Assembly (NCBI GenBank): GCA_047495785.1
Contig: JBLDXI010000007.1
Location: forward strand, 1,116,001 to 1,180,000
Reading direction: 5' to 3'
Length of the DNA: 64,000 nucleotides
Source: Lepidodermella squamata
Taxonomy: Eukaryota > Animalia > Gastrotricha
Positions 22,979 through 34,916 of the stretch are shown piece after piece (positions within the stretch are counted from its first letter, which is position 1; each line of letters opens with the position of its first letter). A model generated the notes under the pieces. The model did not search any database, had not been told where the DNA came from, and was given only the letters and a program-made list of their open reading frames with translations. Made by a program: the position numbers and the translations under genes.

Positions 22979-23878
22979 ATGTTCAATATGCTCAAGGTTT
23001 TAGGATTCTTCGGCATTCTTGGCTTCTTGGGAATGGTGTTCACCCTCCCTCAGGCTATAGCTGAATCTTCACCTAATTCTGATTGGGAGTTCGGCGGCAA
23101 TGTCACTGGCGAGCTACGTTACGAAAATTCCGAGACTAACCTGGCCAACTCATTCATCGCCGAGTCTAATCAGACCTATACCATGGGTCTCAGCCAGTTT
23201 TCCGATATAGATGATTATGATGAATTCCAAGAATTCGGCATTTTCGCCTTCGCTATGCTTGGAATGATGAGCAGCCGCGCCAAATACCCAGTTATTAAAA
23301 AAAATCAATTCAACCAGGATTGCCGTCACCTTTTCACGATGACCTACGCCAGCGCCTATGACGCGGGAAATAACGCTGTTTTGACTAATCACTATATAAG
23401 TTGCTCCATGGCTCGGCTTCGTGCAAATGGGTATGCTCTGTCTAGATTCAAAGCCAAATTGGAAATTGGTAGTCTCGAATACAACTTTGAATGCTGCGAT
23501 TACCCGGCTGTAGCTGGCTCGACGCCAACGCATTATTCCACGCCATCAAATCTTGACATCCATATTCAATATCTCGACCGTCATATCGTTGCATGTCCTC
23601 CCGGAAGTGTGCTATTGGAGTTCCAGCTGAAGAAGAATAGTCCTAGAGAAATGCACTATGATTTTTCCTGCGTCCCTATTAAGCATCTGTTAACTTGTTC
23701 AGTCCACGAAACCCCTGCTACGGCACTGCTATACCAAAAGTTGTGCCTTGCCGATCACGACGTGAAATGTAACGATGGAGCCTTGCTGCAAGGGTTCCAG
23801 TTCCAAGCGTTGTCACGCTCTAATGGATATCTTGACATGCGTTACCGTTACACTTGTTGCAAATGGTGGAGCGATTGA
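22979..23878 (+). CDS. Secreted Cys-repeat protein with a cathepsin-propeptide(I29)-like motif
   Basis: Signal peptide; NQTYTMGLSQFSDIDDYDEF; three repeats of L-x-x-H-x-[IV]-x-C...L-x-x-F...Y-x-[FY]-x-C(C); intronless, 299 aa. Confidence 0.8.
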   Translation: MFNMLKVLGFFGILGFLGMVFTLPQAIAESSPNSDWEFGGNVTGELRYENSETNLANSFIAESNQTYTMGLSQFSDIDDYDEFQEFGIFAFAMLGMMSSRAKYPVIKKNQFNQDCRHLFTMTYASAYDAGNNAVLTNHYISCSMARLRANGYALSRFKAKLEIGSLEYNFECCDYPAVAGSTPTHYSTPSNLDIHIQYLDRHIVACPPGSVLLEFQLKKNSPREMHYDFSCVPIKHLLTCSVHETPATALLYQKLCLADHDVKCNDGALLQGFQFQALSRSNGYLDMRYRYTCCKWWSD

Positions 23879-25253
23879 ACACATTAACTTCGAAATTCAC
23901 AATTTAATTTAACAAGCCTATTGACCCTTGACATTTTGGAATGAATATAAAATTAATAGATACCCCTATGGGTGAAACTCCCGGCAGGCGACAGATGAAA
24001 GAGAACTGTCGGGGGTTTTGCAGCAGATAAATATAATGATTTTGCAACTACCTTCTTCTCGAACTATATTCCCCGTCGTATATCCAATAAAAGATGAAAA
24101 AAACTCCCTACGTTTCTTTGAATATTTCAACAAATACAGGGCAATATTTTTTTGCCTGAAGAAAACGTCAACGCGATAATGAGCCAAACTCATTATCGAA
24201 TTATCATCCTGTTAAAGCAGAGGTCGGGCTTCCTCGAATAGCATCGGCTATGAATCGGCATGCCCTGCATCCGTTCGCATGTGAACCGATGGATCTAACG
24301 CGCGTTTTGCCTAACTGAAAAATCACCATTCCGTATGCGCATATGAGAGTCTAAAATTATTCATGCTCAAGAAATTTATTCGATAATGTTTTCGATCGCA
24401 AAGAAATCAGCTAAAAATGATAAAATCACCAAAATTCGCCAGGAAAATTGGAAATCACCATGCACACATTTGTCTCAAATATCATAAAATTGTCGAATTA
24501 AGACTGATTTTTTATCCTCGAAAACATGGCCAAAATTACCCTGGCTGCCCTGCGGTATTCTTTTCTGATTTTAGTCCTGCAAAATCATAATATTTGTAAA
24601 TGGCCAATTAGAGCATCCCGCCCTAAAATCGGCCACAGTTTTTGAAGACTTTTAGGTTTTTCCTACTTTGCCAGCAAGGTGAATTTTCAGAAAATATTCG
24701 GCAAATACAGAATTATAGAGTTCTTGGGCTATCGAATGCCGGTTTTCCCAAGTCCGGACGATTTTACCTCGACTTCTGGCTAATTTCTTCAGTCATCTAG
24801 ACTTCTGGCCGGAATTAGGGAACCGGGTGCCCTACTTTTGGCCGCCCCATCCAATTAAGCTAATACCTAACGTTTATTACCGTTAAATTTGTTTCGGCAA
24901 GCTGAGTGTGGAAACCGCGGCCTTTGTTGCTTTACCCTTGCTTTAACTCTGAGCTTATCCTTGGCCACGTGATGCCTGAACCTCTGGTGTTTATGGTAAA
25001 AAAACACTTGAGAGCCCCCTCGTCCGCATTTAGAAGATTTTTTGCGATCACGTGCTTGAAAAATCATGAATGGCTCAACAGTTCAAATTTCTTGAGTTGC
25101 GTGTTTATGGTAGCAAATCGCTCTTGAGAAAGCAAGTTCGCCGTGGCCAAGTACACAAGAAGTGGCAGAAATCAGAAATTATGAATTTCTACTCTAATAA
25201 AAACAGGCATGAATATCGATGAAAAAACTCGGTTTCATTTAGTTTCGCATGAT

Positions 25254-26321
25254 TTATTGATCAATTTCGTCACCCATCAAAGATTTCAAATATTCAGCCA
25301 CTTCAGTTTGATTCTTTTTTACAGCTCGAAAATAAGCAGTTTCACCACTCGTGCCTTTCATCCTGACAAGTTCCGGCTTCAATTCACACAGGTATTTGAC
25401 AACTTCCAATCGCCCCATAGCCGCAGCTCGATGAAGAGCCGTTCCATTGTCGAGCTTGCTCATCGACTCACTAACCACTGTAACATCCGCGCCATGCTCG
25501 ACCAACAGTTTCAGCAGTTCGAGCTTGCCGCTACCAGCCGCTATCATAGCCGCCGTTTCACGACGAAAGTTTTTCGCGTTGACGTCACAGCGACGAGATA
25601 GCACCCATTTTACGAAGTCGATCGAACCTTTTTCAACAGCTGCAATCAAAACAGATCCACATTCGGCGAGTTTTTTCGACCTCAAAATACCAGGATCTGA
25701 CTTGATCAAATACTTGGCAACGTCGAAATTGCCGTTAATTATAGCAGTATGAACAGGGGTGCTATTCATATCGCCTCCTTCTCTTGTTTTAGCACCCAAT
25801 TTGACCAACATTTTCACAGAGGGTAAATGGCCGTTACCAGCGACTCGGTCCAGCGGCGTAGCGCCGCCCATATTTCTCGCATTAACATCGGCATGCATTT
25901 CTTCGACTAGATACCGAATTATTTCCGGGCTCTTACCATCAGCCGCGTCGTGAAGTGGGGTTAGTTGGTAATTTTCGCGGGCTTTCACTAGATTCGGATC
26001 TTTTTCGCACAGAATTTTCACGATTTCCAAATGGCCGTTGTCACAAGCGAGATGAATTGGTAAAACGTCATCGTCGAAGAATTTTTCCCGCGTTTCTGTA
26101 TGAGGTTTGCCCCAAACATCGGCGCCGCAGTCGTGGACGAGGTATCGAACAAGGTCGACATGGCCGTTCTTACTGGCGTGGTGTAGCATTCGATAATTTT
26201 CGGACCAGCTATCGGCGTATTCGACGACGTAGTTGACGCAGTCGGGTGGTAGGTCTTCGAAAACTTCCTTGATTCCGGCTAAATCGCCCTCGTCGACCAA
26301 GTATTGAAGGTTCCGCGCCAT
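25254..26321 (-). CDS. Multi-ankyrin-repeat ORF (unit 2); possibly the last exon of the upstream RING gene
   Basis: TPLHDAA, TALHRAA and GADV repeats; colinear with 18111-19190. Confidence 0.9.
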   Translation of the reverse strand: MARNLQYLVDEGDLAGIKEVFEDLPPDCVNYVVEYADSWSENYRMLHHASKNGHVDLVRYLVHDCGADVWGKPHTETREKFFDDDVLPIHLACDNGHLEIVKILCEKDPNLVKARENYQLTPLHDAADGKSPEIIRYLVEEMHADVNARNMGGATPLDRVAGNGHLPSVKMLVKLGAKTREGGDMNSTPVHTAIINGNFDVAKYLIKSDPGILRSKKLAECGSVLIAAVEKGSIDFVKWVLSRRCDVNAKNFRRETAAMIAAGSGKLELLKLLVEHGADVTVVSESMSKLDNGTALHRAAAMGRLEVVKYLCELKPELVRMKGTSGETAYFRAVKKNQTEVAEYLKSLMGDEIDQ

Positions 26322-26489
26322 TGGAGGTTTGGTCTATTGAGAAAGTGAGAAAATTGGATGATTGAGAAATCGAAATATCTTGGGAGCGGATCAGGATGAA
26401 ACCCTGAATTTGAGTGCGAGCTGAATGTAGCTCCACCATAAAATGTTCAATTATAATGAACATATTTTCTCGCTAATAATTTGATTTAA

Positions 26490-27053
26490 CCCTTTCATGG
26501 CCATAAGGACGGTTTCGGAATTCTGACTTTGCATGCTCAAAGCTCGCTTAATTTGTCGAAATTTTGTGTCTCCTTTCGTACTGCACTACTTTTGGATGTT
26601 GGCTACAAGAATCTGAAACCCGAATTTCATTATTCCGTTGCTTCTCGGAAGGCGATCAATTTTAAAATTTCAAACCGAGGGGTGTTTTTCTTTTTTTTCA
26701 ATGGAAGAAATCGGCATCTCAAATTTTTTTCTCCTAGATCTGACTTGACAGCCGTGTCCGGCAGGGTCTCCTTGACTACCTACTCCGTTTTTATGACTTT
26801 TTTTTGTAAAACTGGCAAAACGGTAACCTGGCTGACGAATCCTATGAATTCATCCGGATGAATCTATATTCAAAAAACTAGGGCGACTGAAATTTTCAGT
26901 GAAATCAGAACCCAGAACCTGATGCGAACTATGCGCCCAAGTGCCTAGTTTGGCATACGGTTGTCGATTTTCCGAATAGGTTTTTCCATTTGCCAGAAAA
27001 TTAAAAAATTCGATTTTTTTGCTTGGCTGAAAAAAAATTCGGCCGTGAAAGGG
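26490..27053. mobile_element. piggyBac-type non-autonomous element
   Basis: TTAA|CCCTTTCATGGCC ... GGCCGTGAAAGGG|TTAA. Confidence 0.85.
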
Positions 27054-27611
27054 TTAAATGATTTTTCAAAAAATGACGAAATATCGGAAGAAAAATTAGC
27101 AAGATTGATTGAAAGGCTGCTTTCAAATTTTCCGATTTTTTCCGTTCTCGTTTGATTATGAAGCCTCCGAGATCCGAAGAAATCCGAATAAATTTGATCC
27201 AACAAGTTAACATCCGAAAAATCACCGAACTAGTAACATTTTCTCCGGTAAATTTTTCATTTCGTGGATAAACGATGGAGGATTCCCCTAGTGGGCTAAA
27301 TTTCAAAAAATAAAATTAGTTTAAATTCATAAAAAGAAATCAAAGATTCCAAATGGTTGCGCAACTTATGGGACGCGCTGTTGTTTTGATATCTATACAA
27401 CTTGTATCGGATCGGCATAATAAAACTGGAAAAATTACATTTATTTTACACGTACGTGAGACTCAAATTTGAAGCCTAAATTTAGCACATCATGAATAAA
27501 AGAAATCTCGCCTCATTTGTAAATTTAGCAAATTTTAAACTTAAAAACCGTTGCACAGCTCGGAAGAAAATTAACGAAAATCAATCAAAAATTGGCTATA
27601 AATCACTAATT

Positions 27612-28537
27612 TTATACCTGTTTCATTTCCTCTGTTAAAATTCCCCTCTTCGCCACAATAATTTTCGCTTGTTCGCAGGAAATTTTCAACGGGCATTGCG
27701 GAAGAGACTGAATTTGCTCCAATGCACTGGCCACTTCTTCGCCATGACTGCAAAGTGAGAGGTAACTCGAGATTAGTCGATCGGGCGATAATTGCTGAAG
27801 CGAAAATTCGTCAATTTCAAGTCGCAAATCAGTGTTGACTAATCCAACGAGTTTTTGCACGATTTCAGAAAATTCAGCTTTTTCATCAACGAATTGCTGG
27901 CCGTGATTTTCAGCCCACCGGTTCACTTTTTCCCGCTGACGAATAAGCTATCAAGGAGAGAAAATTAAAAAAAAATCGTAAATTTATCGGCAGATAACTC
28001 ACGTTTCGAGCCTGCCAAACCACTTCGATACGCACGCGCTCAAGGTGGCGAATTAAGCAAATTTCGCAAAACATTTTCTGGCAATGAGCGCAAGTTGTCA
28101 CAGCCTCGACCAGAGGCAGATGGATGCAGTCGTCGTTGATAGCATCAAAATAGACGTATGGAAGTTTCTCGTCTCGACTGATGACATATTCAATGAATTT
28201 ACGAGCCGCAAAATTGTTCGGATAGTCTGTTAAGAAGGAAGAAATTAACTGTATCCGTGACATTTTTACTAGAAGCTCACCGGCGCCCTTATTCGGGCCT
28301 ACAACATAGCTACAGGAGCAAAATGAGCATTCGAATTCGGTGTCCGGGGGCACCCGCTCGAAGCAGGCTGCACAAAGCTGATGACCACAGAGAGGCAGTA
28401 CTTTCAAGGGAAAATCCTTGGTTTCCTCGTAGGATCTGCCGCATATTATGCAGTTGAAGAGCTAAAAATTAAATCAGAATAAAAAATTGCGAAAAAGTTA
28501 TTCTCCTTACGAAGCGAAAATCGTTCATTACATTCAT
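27612..28537 (-). CDS. RING-HC / B-box-like (TRIM-like) E3 ligase exons, unit 2; 3' end uncertain
   Basis: MNVMNDFRF|LFNCIIC...LCGHQLCAAC...ECSFC, PNNFAA, CIH...CAHCQKMFCEICLIRH; same intron positions as unit 1 where comparable. Confidence 0.82.
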
Positions 28538-29869
28538 TTTCAAATAGTGTTCTAAAACTTGAATTCGGACAAAACAAGCAATTGTTACTGAAACAGGTTG
28601 GATTTCACTGTGTTATGCAATCGCTGCGATTTTAAACAAAAAATGTCTGATTTTGAATTAGTTCCGAAACAATTCCAGAATAATTCGAAGAGTTTTTTTG
28701 TAGATCTTGACGAGTTGTTGGAGAAAGCCAATGTGAGTTGCGATTTCGAGGACCTCGTCTGTTGTGGCTGTTGCTGTTTGAGTTTTTCAAACGCGCGTGC
28801 GTTGGCTAATGAGGGCGGCTTGTGCTTTTATTGCACCTCGGCCAAAGCCACAACTTGCCTAAGTTTACAATAAGCAATAATCAATCGTCGATGAAATCCA
28901 TCATGGAAAATGCGTCAAATTTTAGGGATGAATTTAATATTGATGCTACGAAGAAAAAGGCTATTTTGAGGCGCATCAGTATATGACCTATGAAATTAGG
29001 AAATCAAAATTGACTGGAAAGTTGACCCGGAGGCTCGATTTTCGCTTTGCTGAAAAAATGCCGGGGGGAACCCCCATACTGTCACCGTTTGTGAGTTGAC
29101 AAGTTGTTTGTTTGTTTGTATGCCGCCAGCGTGCGCACAGTCTGTGCACGCCTGTTGCGCACTCTTTTAACTATTCAGGTTTGGTTTTTGGATGTAAAAC
29201 TTGGCGATAACTGAGTAGTTAACCACCGCATACATTACAGATGTACGCTACTTCTTGCCGGTGACCGAAAATTAACCTTTTCTTGAGATTTTATACTTCA
29301 AAGCGTGGTTTTATTCAGCAATCACATAGTGAGTAAACAATCAAGTATTGGCCAGCAATTGACGTGGCTTCGACTCTGTCAATTCTGTCGATTTCAGCCC
29401 GCCGCAGAATGTCGATGTATTGATCTGCATTGACTCGACCGAGGCACTGCTGTTCGATGCCGAATCATGACCATCTTTTATGATGCCGGAGCAACACTCG
29501 TCAGAGAAAGACACACAGCGTTAATTGTGAATTGCCTTGTCGCCTGCATTCAAGTTGCGCTTTCAGACCGCCGGTTTGCGGCGAATACCATTGATTCTCA
29601 AGTGTAGTGAGACGGTTCGGGCTGACGGTTCGGTTATGTGTATTGCTGCCCGACTCGGTGTTTCAGCTGATCCAGCGGCAATCTCCGTCCAAATCGTAGG
29701 GAGAGACACTGTGTTTTTACCTCCGAAGCCGACCCCATCCCCTGCTCATTCTCCCGGACGCTGCACAGCCACGTGCCAAAACCCATTGAAATCCATTACG
29801 CCGTTCACTGAATTAGTTGCTTTTAGGCTCTAACTATCCCGAACAGTTCGTCGCTCCCGATGTCCGTAC

Positions 29870-30690
29870 CCGATCTTCAACGAACTGAGCCTCTTCAGCT
29901 CCCAGAACCGCCGAGTTCTCCGTTCTCCGGCGCGTGGTAGCCGATAATGATCGCCTTGAGACTCTAATACCTATTGGTTGGATGCTATTAGTCCCATTTT
30001 CTACGAGTGGGGAAAGGATGTCAAGTAGCACCTCCGTTGTACTCCCTTGTAATCCACACCTGTGATCTCATCTGTTCACCCAGAGCCCTTGGTAAGGCAC
30101 GTAGGCTGAGGATGTCACCTCGTTTATAGTAAGGGAGCTACTTTGTCAGAGCCAGAGTAAAGGGCTCAGAATGGAATCGATCACTGCCTAGGCTTGCCTT
30201 TAGCGGCAACAGTTCCACGTCGCCATGTTGCAAAACAAAACACTCAGCGCAATTCTGGCAGTCCGTTTCACGACTACCGCGTCAGAGGCTCTTACGCTGC
30301 TATCACCGGCAGTTTGACGCGTCCGAACTTGATCTGCGACGAACTGGATCTCTACAACTCCCAGAACCACCGCGTTCTCCTTTCTCAGGTGCGTGGTAGC
30401 CGATACTGCGTGTATCGCCTTGAGACTTTTATAACTCCCTGGTTAGAGGCCTTATTAGTCCTATTTTTTAAGAGCGAGGAAACGGCCACTTGACACAGCG
30501 ACAGAACTACCGCTAGGGATGGTTCCGCGGTCCTACTACACTATCTTCCACGAACTGAGCCTCTTCAACCCCCAGTATCGCTGAGTTTTCCGTTAGCCAG
30601 CGCTTGGTTCAATTTAGCATACACTTTGACTCGCCGATAGCTTTCTACAACTCCCGGGTTAGATGGTATTAGCCCTATTTCTAAAAGTGT
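29870..30690 (+). repeat. Three degenerate ~140-bp direct repeats, possibly non-LTR RT domain-0 debris
   Basis: GAACTG(A/G)..CTCT.CA..CCCAG at ~29882, ~30341 and ~30552; the third copy encodes TPGLDGISPI, similar to the (K)SPGPDGI motif of LINE RTs. Confidence 0.5.
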
Positions 30691-30784
30691 CGATCTCCTC
30701 CGTATTTCTTACCGTAGTTCTACTGTAGTGAGCACGTTGCCATTTAGCACGGTACCGTAGGTGGACAGAAAAATTGACGGTAGC

Positions 30785-30846
30785 AGATGCCATTTGAACC
30801 CTCAATTCAACACTTGAAGCCAGGCACCTTATTAACTGAGCTATCG
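30785..30846 (-). pseudogene. tRNA-derived fragment / SINE head
   Basis: Minus strand GATAGCTCAGTTAATAAG (A box-like) ... GGTTCAAAT (B box-like); the stems do not pair. Confidence 0.4.
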
Positions 30847-32029
30847 TGCAGTTTCGGACATGCTAGTCTTTAAAGGTGTCCCTGAATAGTTTTTTGCGTT
30901 AGTTTCAAACAAGACAGTTTCTGGAAACTTTCATTTATATAGAAGAAAGTTTTCAAGTGAAAACTATGACACCGTGCTGAAGAACTACCGTTCCGCTAAG
31001 CTCTACCGTAGTCGTGGGTTAGAACTACGGTACATATGAGACCCGCCAAGCGTTTTCGGCCCTATCTCGGTGTTCAATCATTCGAAAATTGGGTGTTGTG
31101 CAATTGGGACTATGCGCCATATGTTGTCTTTTCAAATGATTTATAAGGGACGAAATCGCTTGGCGGGTCCCAAATGTACGGTGTGAATCGGTGTTGCTAG
31201 GGGTGTCACCTCTTTTGTACATAATCTGCTTAACTGGTCTCCTCCGTTTACCCAGCACCCTTCGCACGGCGAAGGACGCCATCATGAGATTCCGTCCTAA
31301 GACTATTACGTCAGAGTCTCCATCCTCGAGCACCGCTGTCGCTTGCCAGGCGTGCCTTTCTTCATGTGGCGCATTCAACGCCGCTGTGAGGTAACGCCGT
31401 TCGCTTAGTGCTGCCGTTGCGTGAGGATACGGAAGGGTACAGTGGATCTTGGTCTTGGCATGCGTAGAGATTACAGCAGGCTCGATTCAGGCCTTACCCG
31501 ATAGTTCCGAGGTAGAATTACCATCATTGTTCTCTTCAGTCTCAAAGGTTCCCCCCGGCGCTACTGCGGCAGCTTTGCTGCTGCTGTTGCCAATTGATTC
31601 TCTTTTCACTTTGCAGCGGTCATTTCAATCTCGCACGGCAACTTGACCCAGAATATTTGTGTGTGCCTGTCATCAATCATCGAATACAGCAAACTTTGAC
31701 CCAATCTCTGCACATCCTTATTGCGATTTTTCCTATCAGAGGTTTATTTATATCGTGTTTTAATTGGTAAACATATTTTGAGCTATACATTGCAAATTGG
31801 GCGGGTTTTTAACCGACCTACATACATTCAGGGTGACACAAGCCGCTGATAAGAGGACTATTTATTTCACGGGAATTAATGTTTGCTGAATGAAACTCTG
31901 GGCTGAATCATCATGCACTAGAAGGAAATTAGCTCGATATACGCCTTCTGCTTATCTGCGAGTTCGGTCGCCATAAAACATACCTAATCGTTGTGAGACC
32001 GTCTATGGCCTTGTCGGCAATCTTGATAT

Positions 32030-32780
32030 ATGGCTGAAGCTGCTAAAATTAAACTTCACTACTTGAATGGCCGGTAAGTTGAATTTGAAAGTTTAGCAAA
32101 AATAAGGCGTTGCATGTGAATGCTATTTCAGCGGCCGAGCTGAGTTGACCCGGTACATTTTCCACTACGCCGGTCAACCATTCGAGGATGTCCGCTACAC
32201 GAAAGATGAGTGGTCAAACCAAAAAGCAAGTCAGTCCGAATAACAACATATCTGCAGCCTATTAAAATTGCATTTTTAAGATTTCCCCATTGGCCAGCTA
32301 CCACTTCTGGAGATGCAAAAGGATGGCAAGACTCATTTCTTGTCCCAGAGCTTGACTATCGCCCGTTCCGCAGCCCGCAAGTACTGCCTTACCGGCGCTG
32401 ACGAGGTAGAAGCTGCCCAATGCGACGAGGTTGTAGATTGCATCAACGAATTGGCCAACATGTCCCGATTGGCACGGCTCGAGACTGACCCTGAGATTAA
32501 ACAGCAGATCAGGGCCCGTCTTCGCGCCGAGGAGTACCCCCGCTTGTTAGGCTACCTTGAAAAGAAAGTCCGATTGAATGGCGGTAAACATATTGTTGGC
32601 AATAGCTGGACTTGGGCGGATTTCGCCGTTTCACTGATTGTCAACGCCCTGCTGAAGCGTGCTGAAGATAGTGCTAGCACAGCCGAAAAGCTGCCGGGCC
32701 TTGTTAGCCTGGCGAAGAGCGTTGATGAGATTCCGCAAATCGCTGAATGGATCAAAAAACGCCCCGTAACTCCGATGTAA
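32030..32780 (+). CDS. Glutathione S-transferase, sigma-like (3 exons)
   Basis: MAEAAKIKLHYLNGR|GRAELTRYIFHYAGQPFEDVR...FPIGQLPLLE...SQSLTIAR...VGNSWTWADF...IAEWIKKRPVTPM. Confidence 0.95.
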
Positions 32781-32839
32781 CTTGATTAATTCTCAACTTA
32801 TTCTTTATTCGAATTGTAAATAAACTTGCAAAATACCTG

Positions 32840-33268
32840 CCGTCGTTTGGGGTGAAATGGGCACTTGAGACTTGCGGCAATTTGGCCGAAAATTGATGTC
32901 ATTACATTACTTTTGATAGCTCAAAGACTATGAGTTTGATCTCTGAAAAAATTATGCAGATGATCTTCAATAGACCCCCTACATCTGCAGAAATTTTCAG
33001 CAAGTTGTGTTCCGAAATCAGCTCACGGCAAGCAGTATTTACTGGCGAGTTTAGGCGGGTAAAAACGACCCCCGACCCATATGAATTGGATTATCTGAAA
33101 CCAATCGAAAAGCTTTGAGTTCAAATAAAGTTTTTTCCGCCGACAATTTCCTTTGTTTATAACAGGCAAAAACCGCGACCTGAGACGATGCACAGGTATG
33201 GCCCGAGCCCTAATTGCGCCCAAATTGCCCCATGGAAAATTCACTGCCAAATTTGCCCCAAACGACGG
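32840..33268. mobile_element. MITE with CCGTCGTTTGGGG TIRs
   Basis: CCGTCGTTTGGGG at left and CCCCAAACGACGG-TA at right. Confidence 0.7.
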
Positions 33269-33740
33269 TATACATTATACGATATCAAGGTTAGAGGAGA
33301 CTGAGGCCACATGCACAAGCTGTGGCTTTTCTGATTTATATAACCGAAAAATGTCAGCTCCGAAACATTCAATAAGATCGATTGAATGGGAAACCACGCT
33401 GATGGCTATTTTCCTGAAAAACATTGGTTCTAAAATAAACCGGTGCTTGAGGCAGTTCGGCGATTCTGAATAGCCGATAATGGTTATTCTATCACATCAA
33501 AGATGAACAATCCTCTGAGACCTCTGCGACCAGAAACTTGAAGTGAAGAAGCTTAAACCATATTTGCCTTCCCGCCTCTTCCACCCCATGCCCGCCATCA
33601 GATGGAAAAAGCCGTGCATTTACAGGATATTCGCAGGAAGTTTGATATTTCAACTCCATTGATCGATGATTACAACTCCAATGCAAAACAACCAGTCGGA
33701 GAACAATTTCGTCCCTGCAAATATTAAGCGATAAAGCCCG

Positions 33741-34916
33741 ATGGCATCGTTCTTCGTTTTGCTGATACTGATGGCTAAGCTCGCGTCGATGGGAGCTGCT
33801 TTGTCGACTGCTGAAGAGTTTGCAGCGAAATTTGCTAAATTTTGTCCGGCAGTTCGGTCGAAAAGCCTAACAATGGAGCAATCACTTTATTCAAATTACA
33901 GCCGTCCGATTGTCGTGAAAATCAACATGATCCTTTATCGTTTTGTTGACATTGACGACGTGGAGCAAAGACTATCTCTACTTGGGTATCTGTCTTATGA
34001 ATGGGGGCTGCCATGCGAAAGCCCGAAATGTACGGATTTACTGACTGAAACAGAGTGCATGATGTTCAATCCTGCCAGGCTTTTCTACCCAGTCCCAGCT
34101 TTAGACATTTGGACTCCAAGGATCTATCATTTGACAGCCAGTGAATCACCTGTTTTCAATCGCAAATTGAGTGACCAGGTCTGGATCTTTCCATTTTACG
34201 AATCGAGATCTATGAATTACTACACTTTCGATCGATTCGACGTCTCATGCACTTCCTTCAGCTACCGCAAATTTCCTTTCGATACGCAATCCTGCACGAT
34301 GATTTTTGAATGCGATGATGTTCTCGAAGACGTGGTGCTCAGCCTCGAATCATTTCAAATCGATGTGTCAGCCCGTGATACCTTCATTGTTGATACTGAC
34401 ATATGGTCTGTTGTCGAGCCACTCGAGCATAGCAGCTACACATCCTTGCAGGCTAACGGCGCTTTCAATGTAAGCCGAGTTAACATGACCGTTCAATTTC
34501 GACGGAAAAGAGGCTACTACGTCTGCAACATCTTCGTGCCAACTATTACTCTGTTCATTCTTCAAGTCGTTTCTCTATTAACCGAGCCAGTGAATCGAGA
34601 CCAATCAGCGTTTTGCGTTACAGTTGTGCTTTCCTACGTTGTTTTCCTCACTATGATTTTTGACATGGTGCCAAAAACTTCAGATCATGTCTACCTTGTG
34701 TACATGGTAGCTTCTAAATTCATCTTTGCAGTTCTAATTACGGCATATACTTGTTTGAGTCCTAGTTTTCCTGAGTCGCTAAAATCCCGTGTTGTCAAGT
34801 TAAATAAATCTCTGGACATACCAATCGGTCGTCTTCTGGACCTGGTAATGGCTGCAGCTGCAGGTCTGATTGTAATGGTTATTGACGCAATTCTTTTCTT
34901 ACTGATGTTATCTTAA
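33741..34916 (+). CDS. Divergent Cys-loop ligand-gated ion channel subunit, intronless
   Basis: Signal peptide, IWTPRI, CTSFSYRKFPFDTQSC, RRKRGYY-M1, M2 DQSAFCVTVVLSYVVF, PKTS, short M3-M4 loop, M4. Confidence 0.92.
   Translation: MASFFVLLILMAKLASMGAALSTAEEFAAKFAKFCPAVRSKSLTMEQSLYSNYSRPIVVKINMILYRFVDIDDVEQRLSLLGYLSYEWGLPCESPKCTDLLTETECMMFNPARLFYPVPALDIWTPRIYHLTASESPVFNRKLSDQVWIFPFYESRSMNYYTFDRFDVSCTSFSYRKFPFDTQSCTMIFECDDVLEDVVLSLESFQIDVSARDTFIVDTDIWSVVEPLEHSSYTSLQANGAFNVSRVNMTVQFRRKRGYYVCNIFVPTITLFILQVVSLLTEPVNRDQSAFCVTVVLSYVVFLTMIFDMVPKTSDHVYLVYMVASKFIFAVLITAYTCLSPSFPESLKSRVVKLNKSLDIPIGRLLDLVMAAAAGLIVMVIDAILFLLMLS

Noticed and set aside
28598-28873. Cys-rich 91-aa ORF
   Set aside because: No recognisable domain or ATG start; the cysteines come from a low-complexity TGY tract.
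30785-30846. Possible TCA-anticodon (Sec/suppressor) tRNA
   Set aside because: Anticodon and acceptor stems do not pair; at most a SINE head.
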